Source: Raillietiella orientalis (taxonomy: Eukaryota). From it: 64,000 nt of DNA. The position numbers and the translations under genes were made by a program. Of the stretch, positions 25,559 through 35,686 are shown in pieces. The number at the start of each line of letters is the position of its first letter. The stretch's first letter is position 1. The DNA lies in assembly GCA_036172245.1 (NCBI GenBank), contig JAYWIR010000007.1:5332001-5396000 (forward strand), written 5' to 3'. The notes beneath the pieces were generated by a model. The model worked only from the letters and a program-made list of their open reading frames with translations, had not been told where the DNA came from and ran no database searches.

Positions 25559-26158
25559 TTGTGCTGCTCGCCCTCTGGCCGTGCCCGTCTGACAAAAGAT
25601 TTGTCGCGCTCAGAGTGCGTGGGAGGCGGAGCACAAGCAGCAGTCTTGTTGCCCGTTGAGCGTGAAGCCTTGACCCCCCGAATCACTGGAATTTCAGATC
25701 CATATCTTCCAGCGGCGGCCGCCGACTTGGTCCCAGACCCTAGGGAGGAGGCCGTGAACTATTTCGAGGAGTGGCAGATACCTGCTTTCTTCGAGAATCT
25801 GTTCCGTGACCTGCTCCTGGAGATGCCCGAGGATCCGTTGGCCTTCACTGTGCACTCCATACGTGATCACGTGAGGACGACCAGGCTCACAAGGGTTTCG
25901 TCCCCGTTCCGGATGTCTTCGTTGCTCAAAAGAGAACCTTCTTCTCCAGGGGAAACAGAGCTCTTAACAGACGAGGAGGAGACCCTGGAGGACCCGAAAA
26001 AGTACTTGTACCCGTTCCTGAAATTCGCCAGGGAGTCGACCTTCAAGAAGGAGGAGAAGAGTCGGGTCTTCCAGTCCTCCTTCCTGGAGGTCCACGTGAA
26101 AAGGCAATCCCTGATCTGGCAACCGATGGAAAACGGGAAAGACATCCCACAAGGGTAG
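25559..26158 (+). CDS. Protein with a PKA-R (RIIa)/Dpy-30-type dimerization-docking (D/D) domain
   Basis: REEAVNYFEEWQIPAFFENLFRDLLLEMPEDPLAFTVHSIRD (~25,742-25,870) fits the D/D pattern Y..e..I..l...l...Ll...P.DP..F. A tttcag acceptor lies near 25,697. True start and exon structure are unresolved. Confidence 0.6.
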   Translation: MCCSPSGRARLTKDLSRSECVGGGAQAAVLLPVEREALTPRITGISDPYLPAAAADLVPDPREEAVNYFEEWQIPAFFENLFRDLLLEMPEDPLAFTVHSIRDHVRTTRLTRVSSPFRMSSLLKREPSSPGETELLTDEEETLEDPKKYLYPFLKFARESTFKKEEKSRVFQSSFLEVHVKRQSLIWQPMENGKDIPQG

Positions 26159-26876
26159 CTTCGAAAGTTCCAGAGGGGTGCGCCCAACCGGTCAGAAGGG
26201 TCGGGGACGTTCCGGACGGGAAACCTTGAAATCGTGGGGCATAACGGAAGGCTGCACCTTCAATTCCTCTTCCTGAAATAGAAACACGAAACAAAACTTT
26301 ATCTGAGTGCTTTCTTACTTGGCCTTCGAAAAGGGACAGGAGGACTCAGCAGCAGGACCGGTCGGCGAAGGGGCACGTCGCCTTCATGAAGGGACAAGAG
26401 CAAAGTCGGCGGTGAAGTAGACCTTGAGTGACGGCGGTTGCTCCGGGAGCAGCAAACCCCTCAAGAGTAGCCGGTGGCCAGGGCTCGACGCTTGCTGCGC
26501 TGGATGCGCTCTAGAGGGGAAGGGGACCCTGAAAGCGGAAGGCAGCTCCGTGAATTTCGGAAGGACCTCGGAGAGTCAACAACTTCCAATCTCGGCCGGT
26601 CAATAGGTCATGTAGGAAATCTCGTAGAGAAGGGGAGGTTGGAGTTCCTTCCGAGACTTCCTCTCTAGCACGCTATGGCGAAGAGAAAAAGCTCGCTTTT
26701 CCGCTTTTGTCGGGGAGAGGAGGAGAAGGAGGAAGAGGAATAGGGGCAAAGTGAGGTTTGCGACTGGAGGGTAAGAGGGTTGAGAGGATAAGAGGGTTCG
26801 CGAAATTTGTTCGGCTCCTTAGTCACCGAAGAGTCTCCGCGAAGAAAGGTTAGTCGCTGCGTCCAAAACTCATCTC

Positions 26877-27900
26877 ATGGCCGCTCTGGCAACCGCTGGT
26901 CGACAAGGCAGTGGCCTGCGTGGGCGCGAGAGAGCTCTTCCCAGTGCACAGCCGCGAAAGCTAGCCGTAGTCCAGTCATCTTGCGAGAGGACCGTGAACC
27001 GGCGACTGTTCCATCTCGGCGTCTCCCGAGAGGGTGCAGTGGCCGTGGCCGTGCAGGGACCGTCCCAGGCACCGCAACAAGTTTCGAGGGCGGTGGTTCG
27101 ACAGGTGGCCAATGCTGCAAACGATTTCTGTCCTCCCCCTTTAGCGAACCACCACCCTGGAACGTCACCCTCCTTCAAGGAAGACGGCGGAGAGGTGTGC
27201 GGCCCCGTTCCCAAGAAATAGGCCGCCTCGGCGTGACCGTACGGAAGCCAATCACGCCGCTGCGAACCGACATCCGTGGATGCTATCGAACCCGCGCGAC
27301 TTCAGGCGCGCGCCGGAGTTTGCGCCGGCAGCATCCACACTGCACAACCTACGTTATCACCCGGGTTCTCTCGGGGCGTTTCTTGAAAAAACCTACATTC
27401 GCGGTACAAGGCCCCGCTCACGGCCATAGGCAACGGACCTGCCGGGACGCCGGGACGCAGCCCGGCGTGGCTCTCCTCGGTAGTGAAAGGGGATGGGTTA
27501 AAAACCAAATAGAAAACTAAGAAATATGGAAAACAAAAAGAAGTTGGAGGGCAGGGAAGGGATCACTGGAAAATGTGGAACGCTTCGCGATTTTGCGTGT
27601 CATCCTTGCGCAACCGACGTGCATCGCGTTGCTGAACGTGGAGCGGATGCGCCTAATCCCACGGCTCTACTCGGGATGCCACCACCAGGTGTACGTGCAC
27701 GAGCGGACGGGAAGTGGCACCCTCACGCGCGTGCGCAGAAACCGTAAGTGTCCACCAGGTTGACGTCCACTCCGCAAGCAATCCTGCGAGCGATAGGTGT
27801 GAACGCGGAATGGCCTGTGAGAAGGAAAGGGACTGGCAGAACGCCGAAACACTGCCTCCCCCCCCTCACGCACGTCTACCTTGGAAGGCGGGTAACAGAG
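26877..27900 (+). pseudogene. Degenerate LINE ORF1 relic
   Basis: VNRRLFHLGVSREGAVAV resembles LWRELERVGVRESDLLAL, and IPRLYSG resembles VPNLHCG, of the ORF1 at 59,952. It lies directly upstream of an ORF2 fragment. Confidence 0.4.
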
Positions 27901-28089
27901 CACTGTTGAACTCCAGGAGACAGGACAAGGTCTGCGTGCCTGCGCCAAGAGGAGTAAATAATCCCGGCTCAGTCGGTCATTGCGTTGTTTTCCAGATGCC
28001 TTTTACGAAAGGGACGCGACTACCCTGACGGATGAAAAGCAGCAAAGTGACTTATTTGTCAGCCAATCTCACGGACCCTCTTGTCCATC

Positions 28090-29033
28090 CCTCCCTGAGC
28101 AGATGCGGACGTCTGCCTCTGTTGCTCACGTCCATCCTGACGCCTAGACTCGAGGGTTTCTCCGAGCTGATGCTTTGGGGAGCGGGTGCGAGCGTCAACA
28201 GGTTGAATTCCAAAGTCGTCGCGTTTGGCATATCTTCCTGGGAGCAGCAGTCCGACTGGATCTACCTAAGGATCCCCTAGACCACGAGCTGGACGTCCCT
28301 TGGCGTGCCGTTGGACGACTTCATTCTAGTAGAAGCGTGGTCGGACTGCCTTCGGGAGTCAGGGAGTGCTCTTACTTCGTTCCAAGGAGGCAGATTCCTC
28401 TTGTCGTTGCGGGCCTCCGCGTGGCAACGAAGGCCAATCCGGTCCTACCTTCGTTGCCTTCCTTCTACACTCCCTCTTTTCTGTCTGTGTGTATTTGGTC
28501 ATGCTGCAGGCGCGACGCCTGTTGAGAAACGCTCTGCGAGGCCCCGCGAGGTCCAGTGTCCGCATTGAGGACCGGACGGCTGAGCATCCGGATGCCGGCT
28601 TGGGAAAAGTGACGTTCTACAGGATCGAACTTCAAGTGCAGCTCCGGATGCTGGCACTTCGTTCCACGCTATGGACGACTTCCTTGTGTGCTCCTGCACG
28701 CCTGATGCTGCGGCGGTGCACATCTGGAGAAGGACTGCTTTCGTTGCTACGGCATGCCCTGTCCGCCACTGGAGGCTTCGGCTTCCCGCTGAGGCAGACT
28801 CGCCTCGCTCCTGAAGACCCATCCTGGCCTGGAGTTGTTATCGTTTGTGGCATCAGAAAGTGTTGCTAGTCGAACTTGTTTGAGGGCGTCTTACCCCATT
28901 GTTTGCAGTGGAGGATGCTTTGCAATACCAGGTCAAGTGGACTCAGTGGCCACCACGCCCTTTTCCGCAGCTCCGTCTGCTCTAAGGGTAGCGGGACACG
29001 GCCATCGACACCATGCGCAGCTTGTTCATTTTT
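28090..29033 (+). mobile_element. L1/Tx1-type LINE ORF2 fragment (RT thumb and C-terminal region), frameshifted
   Basis: GASVNRLNSKVV...DWIYLRIP...VPLDDF...WSDCL and NALRGPARSSVRIED...AGLG...RIELQVQLRMLA match the ORF2 copies at 48.4 kb and 63.2 kb. Confidence 0.85.
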
Positions 29034-29510
29034 GAAAAGGAAGAGAAAGGAAAGAAGAAGCCAAAAAGAAAGGAGAAAAAGAGGAAGAGGAGGGAGAAAT
29101 AGAAACAAAAAGGAGAACAAAAAAAGAAAAAGAAAGCAAAAAAACAGGTGTGAGAAAAAGAAAAAAAGAAGAAATTAGAGGAAGGGAATCGAAACGAAAG
29201 GACAGGTAAGAAAAAAAAGGGAAAGATAAAAAAAAAGGAAGTAGAAAAGGTAAAAGTAAAGAAGAAAGGAAAAGAAGGAGAGGGTGGAGAGGACCAAAAA
29301 GAGGTGGAAAGAGGAAAGAAAAAGAAAAGAAAATACAGCAAAGAAGAGGAAAAAAAAACACCAAACAAAAGCGAAATATAAAGAGGAAAAGAAGGGAGAA
29401 AAAAAAGACAAGGAAAAACAAGATAGTGAAAAGGAAGAAATAAAAAACACAGAAGAGGAGAATGGAGAAAAATATAAAGTGGAAAGCAAAAATGGAAAAA
29501 GAATAGTTGA
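29034..29510 (+). repeat. Polypurine (A/G) low-complexity tract
   Basis: About 480 nt almost entirely A and G on the plus strand. Confidence 0.95.
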
Positions 29511-29599
29511 GGCCAAAGGCTGGAGACATGGTTTCTTTTTGGGCCTCAGTTTCGTGTTCCCTATTCCCTCCTCCCAGTTATTTGCGAGGTCACTTTTCC

Positions 29600-30300
29600 C
29601 CCCTTTGTGCTGAGGACATTCGTATCGGCCCATCTCGTGCGCACGATGGATGGTCCCACTGCAATCAAACGCCTACTGGAAGCTGAGGACTTGGGTTGCA
29701 GTTGTGTGGATGAATCCGGTGAAGGCTTCATTAGATGAATGGTGAGTGTGTGTTCAGGTGGCTGCGGGCAGGATTGGAGGCAGTGGGATGCGAACACCGC
29801 CGAGACGGTACTCTTTTTCCCTGAGGCTTCGAAGTGGTAGCAGTGTTGGGGAGTGGCTTCCTGCGGAGCAGTTGCCGGATGGAAAGATGCGGAAGGAGTG
29901 GGGAAGGCTCCCGCAGCGTTGGAACCTGCCTTGCAGCGGGCTGACGTCCGGTAAATTGCCCGAATGTGCCGCCGCACTTCGAAGTCGTTCTTTCGGGCGA
30001 TCCGTCACGTCGCAGGTCTTAAGCGACATTCACCTGTCGGCAAGCGGTCGCTGCTGTGGCACGCTGTTTCCATAGCAACGAAATTGTGGACGCGGCGGAA
30101 AGGAAGAATCGACGCAAGGAGTGACAGCAGGGTTCGGTCGGCAGCCTACCACCTTTGGAAGATGGGTCTCCATCGAGGTGATCGCATCCCGAACGTGCAT
30201 CCAGCATTCAGTGTGTCGCCGAGACCCAGTTCTATCCTGGACCTCACTGGATCCCAATGGAACTATAGTGTGATCTTTGCAAGCATTGCTGTTTTCCGTC
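29600..30300 (+). pseudogene. Possible LINE ORF2 C-terminal (zf-RVT-like) relic of another subfamily
   Basis: LWTRRK...DSRVRSAAYHLWKMGLHRGDRI resembles the helix preceding the zf-RVT finger; the finger itself is not intact. Confidence 0.3.
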
Positions 30301-32383
30301 TTATTTCGTACGGTTGGCACTAAAAACGAACTGTGGTCGTCGAGCGTAGCGACAACAGAAGCCGTTCGTCGGGAGTCGTGCAGCCTCCACGTCGTTTCCT
30401 GTCGTTCGCGTCGACGGATTGCAAACGCATCAACCCGGGCTGTGACGTCTGCAGTTGCATCGCAGCGGCTGGCGCACCGCAACCGACTACTTGGACGACC
30501 ATGTCGATGTGGAACTCTGTGTGAAGTCCAAACAGTCAGCAAAACTGAATCTTTGGAAGCCTACCTGTTGTGTGTGTCAACTGATGCCAGTGATGTGGGT
30601 ATTCCGGCTACCTGCCGGAGCGGAATCCGACTCCCGAATGGGATGCACGGCCTCCTTTCCGTTAACGTGCGACATAATGCTGGAGTAAATTAGGAAGCCA
30701 GGAGCGAGCATCGATGGAAACGGAACTTGAAAGCGTCTTTCGTGTCTAAGGGAAGAAGGACTTGGAAGAAAGTGAAAGAACAGAACGAAACACTTCCATG
30801 TTCCTGCCTTCTCGCTTCCAGTAGTGGTCCCGTCGAGACGTGAATTGTAGGTGACGCGAACATGCGGCCTGACACCTGATGCCTCTGGTCGTGGATTTCT
30901 GGAGTTGGAGGCTGGAGGTGATCATCTACGTGAGATACTTGCATCTCTTCTCCTGTCATCACGAAAGACGTCTGCTTCCTACCTTGGGTGCGCGCCCAAG
31001 TGACAGCCCAGTGGGCACCAGGGTATGGAAGCGCATGAACGCTTTGACGGGCAGCTGCCTTCGGTTCGTGCAATGCGGCCACGCAGACGACAGAGTTCAG
31101 TAACGTGGGACTGCTCGGATCGCAACGCCCATGGCAACCACATCCGAAAGCCGAACCTGTCGCCCGAATCCTCGTTTCTGGAATTCTCTTTGCCGCGTGG
31201 CGATAGTGTAGGCTGCGTACCTCTTTCCGATTGCACAGAAATCGCTCTGGAGGATTCCGGACGATCTGCAGTCAGGATCTCCTCGAGGGGTGGCAGGATG
31301 CGATCTGCATGGGAAACGTTCTTGTTTGCTGATAGATCATCTTCCTAGCAGCGGTGCTGGTTGCGACGTGAAAGAAGCTTCCTAAGAGGACACCGCGATG
31401 GGCAGCGTAGAGGGAAAAGCCTCTCGTGCTCATCAGCAATGCATGAATCGGTAATGAAGAATTTACATTTTCTTCACATAAGAAGTATGATGAGCAAATC
31501 TTAAATGGATTTAGGAAGCTTGGAAACATTAAAGTTACGTGCACATTGCTTGCAATAAAAAGTATCGGTGTTTACGAATAAGATACATATAGGTGCATGT
31601 AAAATGAACATATACGAAATGAGTGCATGAGTACAGTGTTTGAGAAAGCCAGGATGGTGGAGAAACTATGGGAAGATCAGAGAAATGAAAAAGTCATCGG
31701 ACGAGAAGAGAAAGACCTTTGCATTTCTTTTTCCCACTTTTTTGCACTCAACCCACCGAACGAAAAATTTTTCAGGAAATGGGTGAATGACGCTGCTTTC
31801 GGGAATGCGAGCCCATGACGAATGCATGGGTTCAGAATTGATGGATCCCATGTCACCTTCATGTTTGTTTTGCTATGTGTATAGCGATGTTCTCAACAAC
31901 AGAAAAAAGCATATACACATTCATCTGGTAGCCATTCCAACGTATATGGGAATGCAAATTATTGAATATGTTGCTGATGTGAGTTTGTTAATAACTATTC
32001 ATATTGGTTTTTGGCTGAAATGAATTTGCGTATTATCGAACGTACGAATACCTTCGAACATTGGCGCGCAGCTTTGGTTTCCCCGAAGTCACTCGACTCC
32101 AGAATTCGGGATTTCGGACGAAACTCAACTGGCGGCTCATGAAACGGAAGATGAACAAGGTGAGCGTGAGAGACCCGTGCGAGCAGCTCGAGCCCGTCGC
32201 ATGTCCCGCTACCACCACATCACAAACCTGAATAAGGGAACCAATGCGGCATGCGGAACGGAGGTGGCGGCGAAGAAGGAGAGAACAGAGAAAGAAGACT
32301 AGCAGTGAAGTGGGGGGTAGAAAAAGCCACATCTCCCTTCCCAAGGACGGCGCTGCGCTTGGGGGTCTCCTCGGTGGTCACTC

Positions 32384-32917
32384 TCACTCGGCAGCATGCA
32401 GGCCGCAGAACAGGAAACGAACCGCGCGGTGCCAGAAGCGCGAAAGACGTCCAGGAATGCGGAAGGAGACATCAATGCTGCGAACGGATCCCAGCTGCGC
32501 GGGGCTCCGTTCCCATGGACTCCGTTGCGCTTCGTAGCGGTCGTGTCCCTGCCGGCACGCGAGCGCGACCCTGGCGCAAGGGTGCAGCTGCTGCTGCCCC
32601 GGCTGCCCCTCTGCTGCGTGCTCCTGCAGGTCCTCCTGCTGCTGGTCCGGCAGCCCCCCCTCTGCTGTGTGCTCTTCCTGGTCCTCCTGCTGCTGCGCCG
32701 GCGGCCCCGCTGGTACCTGCTCCTGCAGGTGCTCCTGCACGGCATGGCACGCTGCCGGCTGCTCCGCGCTTTGCTCCTCTTCGGGCACTTCGACGATGGT
32801 GTGCAGCTTCGTGCGGTGTCGGAAATACCAGCGGAGGTAACGCCTGTGCTGGATTAGAAGGCGAACGTAGATCCTGGTCCGCTTCCGCCGCGTGGGAGCT
32901 GCAGACTCCTCCGGCAT
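32384..32917 (-). CDS. Unknown 177-aa protein with a basic N-terminus and Q/E-rich tandem repeats
   Basis: ATG at 32,917 is preceded by a pyrimidine tract and acceptor-like ttcttccag|gcATG. Sequence starts MPEESAAPTRRKRTRIYVRLL...KLHTIVEVPEEE; the internal repeats keep the frame. Confidence 0.4.
   Translation of the reverse strand: MPEESAAPTRRKRTRIYVRLLIQHRRYLRWYFRHRTKLHTIVEVPEEEQSAEQPAACHAVQEHLQEQVPAGPPAQQQEDQEEHTAEGGLPDQQQEDLQEHAAEGQPGQQQLHPCARVALACRQGHDRYEAQRSPWERSPAQLGSVRSIDVSFRIPGRLSRFWHRAVRFLFCGLHAAE
32585..32770. repeat. Minisatellite, ~3.5 units of 48-51 bp
   Basis: Repeated ...ctctgctgYgtgctc...ggtcctcctgctgctg; encodes QQQEDxxEHxAEG on the minus strand. Confidence 0.85.
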
Positions 32918-33589
32918 GCCTGGAAGAAGCAGTCGGAAAGGGAAACCCGAAACCACCCCTTTGGTTCGCGGAGGGCGTTTCCGCGAGCACGCAGGTTGGC
33001 GCGGGCGTGGTAATTTTCCGCGCGCAGGCAGCGAGCGTTGCACGGAAAGTTTGGCTTCTTTCGAGGTCGCATGGCCGCGGAAGCGCGTCCGCCCGCGCGC
33101 GGCCTGCCCGCAGGCGCAATGCGCTGCCGCGAGCCGCCGCCGAACGCTCACGGCCGTGTTCGCCGTGAGCGGGGGCGCGCGGGACGCATGCGCGAGCGAG
33201 TGCGGCCAGAGGACCACAGGCCGCGCGCTCGCAGCTGCTGTCTGACGTCGTGATGGACGGTGGTACTCACTGCGGGAGGCTGGCGTCGATCCCTGGGTCC
33301 GATGGTACGTCTGGCGTGCAGTGAAAACGTTCCCAAAAGAGCAAACGTGCTGAACGCGAGGCAAGAGAGAACACAGTCCGTCGTCGACTGAAAGTGTTTC
33401 TCGAATGCTCGAAAATTCGAACCCGAGATCGGGCGATAGAATGTCGGACGACGAAACAATGATGTGTGTCGTCACGGCAGCGAGACCAACGTTCAGCAGC
33501 GGATGGGGGCAGATGGCGCTGTCGCGACCGGCGGTGCGCGGGCGGCGATCCGCGCCTGCGCGCTCGCGAGCCGCCGTCGAGCCGCGGTC

Positions 33590-34125
33590 GCTAATCGAAC
33601 TTCGTTGCGGGCACCTAACAGCATTGTGTGAAGTGGAGAATGCGTTGCAGCACCAGGTCAAGCGGACACACTGGCGACCACGCCCTTTGCCGCAGCTGTG
33701 TCTGCTTTAAGGGCAGGGGTACACGGCCATCGAGATCATGCTCGGTTTCTTCACTTGTGGCGGCCCCTCGTTAGGCGCGGTCACCGCAACGATCTGTTGC
33801 ATCCGCACCATCCTTACGGCCCTCCTCCAGCCGGTGTCGCAGACAGTACCTAAAGAGTTCACCGAAATCGACGACGTTAACATGCGGACGGCTGCCAGGT
33901 GGCCTCGTCTGAAGAAAGTGACGAAGATGTGCGGCATCGAAAGCCGGTAACGAAAATATGGGACGGCAGTGCGTAAAGGCCCCTGTCCCTTAGTTAGCAT
34001 TCTGTATTTCTTGAAAGGTTTTTCCGTTGAAACGTTTTTCCTCCCGTTCCGGACTTTCTGTGTGCCCGACCTGCGTGTCAGGGAGCCCATATCTTCGAAC
34101 ATCTTTTCCCTTTGACCCTTGTCTT
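33590..34125 (+). mobile_element. 5'-truncated L1/Tx1-type LINE fragment (ORF2 C-terminus + 3'UTR), internally deleted
   Basis: Diverged paralogue of 11,428-11,950, starting gctaatcgaacttcgttgcgggcaccta; encodes ATICCIRTILTALLQ. Confidence 0.8.
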
Positions 34126-35686
34126 CCCTATTCCCGGATGGTTTGTTCGTTTCCTAGAATTAAACGACCCACCGCCACCGGGTGGAGGAAGACAGCAGCT
34201 TTCGTGCGTCTTTCCGCTTGCTGGCCCGCCCTGCATCTCTTTCCATCTGCAGCGTCCTTTGCCGGCAGTGAATGCGAACGCGCTTCCCGCACGCGGAAGA
34301 AGACGCACTCTGCGCGGCCAACACTCGCTGGACACGACGTGCTTCTTGAGCGCGGAGAACGCACACAAGAGAAAAAGGAAATTTGCTGAGGGAATGCACA
34401 GTCGCCCGATCAGGGTGGAAGCATTCCCTGGAATGAAAAAAAATCGGATGCTCCGTTGGAACGGTCGACGACGGAACGATGATGGCGGGGGCCAAAGAAG
34501 CGAATGGGCTTCCCCTTTCGAACGCGCGTTCCGACGGTGCCGGGAATTCGGGCTGGCGCCACGCAAACGCCCAGCCCCTCCCGTCACTCGGTGGCTGTCG
34601 CGTGAGCCTCCTTTCAGCTGCTCACCTACGCCTAGCAGGTAGGTTAAACTTTCTGCCGATGAGGCGAGGTGGACGCGCGTGCCACGCACAGACCTTGGCG
34701 TGTGCTCCCTCCTTGTTCGCCTTCCTTGGGGCAGGCATCGCAGAAGGGCCGCCCGCTGCACACGGGAGCGAGAGGCCGCCTCACTGCGGACGCGCTGCCC
34801 CCGGGGGTTTCGTCCGGTCGCGCTCCAATGCGACGAAAGGTGTTCACACTTTCCCCTCTTCTTACGGAAAGCAGCGGCTCCGTCGCCAGAAGCGCCCCGA
34901 GGCACCGACGTTCGCAGCGTGAGCACGAGAAAGCGCCAAAAAGGGCAAACTGCACCATCCGTACGACCTGCAAAACGGCTCCGACAAAGGAGCGACGTGC
35001 CAGGCGTGTTCATAACGGCGCCTCAGGCGGGATGTGGGATCCGCCGCGCATCCGAATCCAGAAGGAGAAAAATAAGACAACAGGAATCCATGTATGCGAT
35101 GTGCATCATTCATATGAAAAGGAAGATGCGCCAAATTGATTGACACAGAAGAGCACTTAGCTGCTGCATACAATAAAATCAACATGTAAACCATCACAGC
35201 AGCATATGTGCCGATGAGGGTACGTATGTACAAAACAATGGGCATACATTCATATCGAAGAATGCATTCGAATGTGCAAATATGAATATCGATATTCGTA
35301 TAATTGCATTCTCATCAAAATGTGTATATGCAATATTTCTCCACATAGGTAGGCATCGGGATACATGCACACGCATCCACAAATATATGTGTATATCTAA
35401 AAGTAAACAGGAAAATACATTCCAAAATCTACGAAAATACGCATAGAGTAATAGTGACGAAGAACATGCGTGCACTTATTTTTCTACAGTTATTTCTATA
35501 TGGAAATAGGGAGATAGAATGTTCAGGATATGCTTCAGAAAAAAAAAGATGAAAATGACGTTACTCATTGTATATGTGCGTCGACAGAAACGTGTACATA
35601 TCCCTGTATACCGACATACATGGGTACATATTTGATTCTTATCGTACTGTATAAACACATATGTAAGTTGATCCGAGTACGTGCAT

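Noticed and set aside
28921..28934. 14-mer complementary to the U2 snRNA 3' region
   Set aside because: Lies within LINE ORF2 coding sequence and differs in paralogous copies; chance match.
28866..29633. Lys/Glu-rich and Phe-rich ORFs
   Set aside because: By-products of the polypurine tract.
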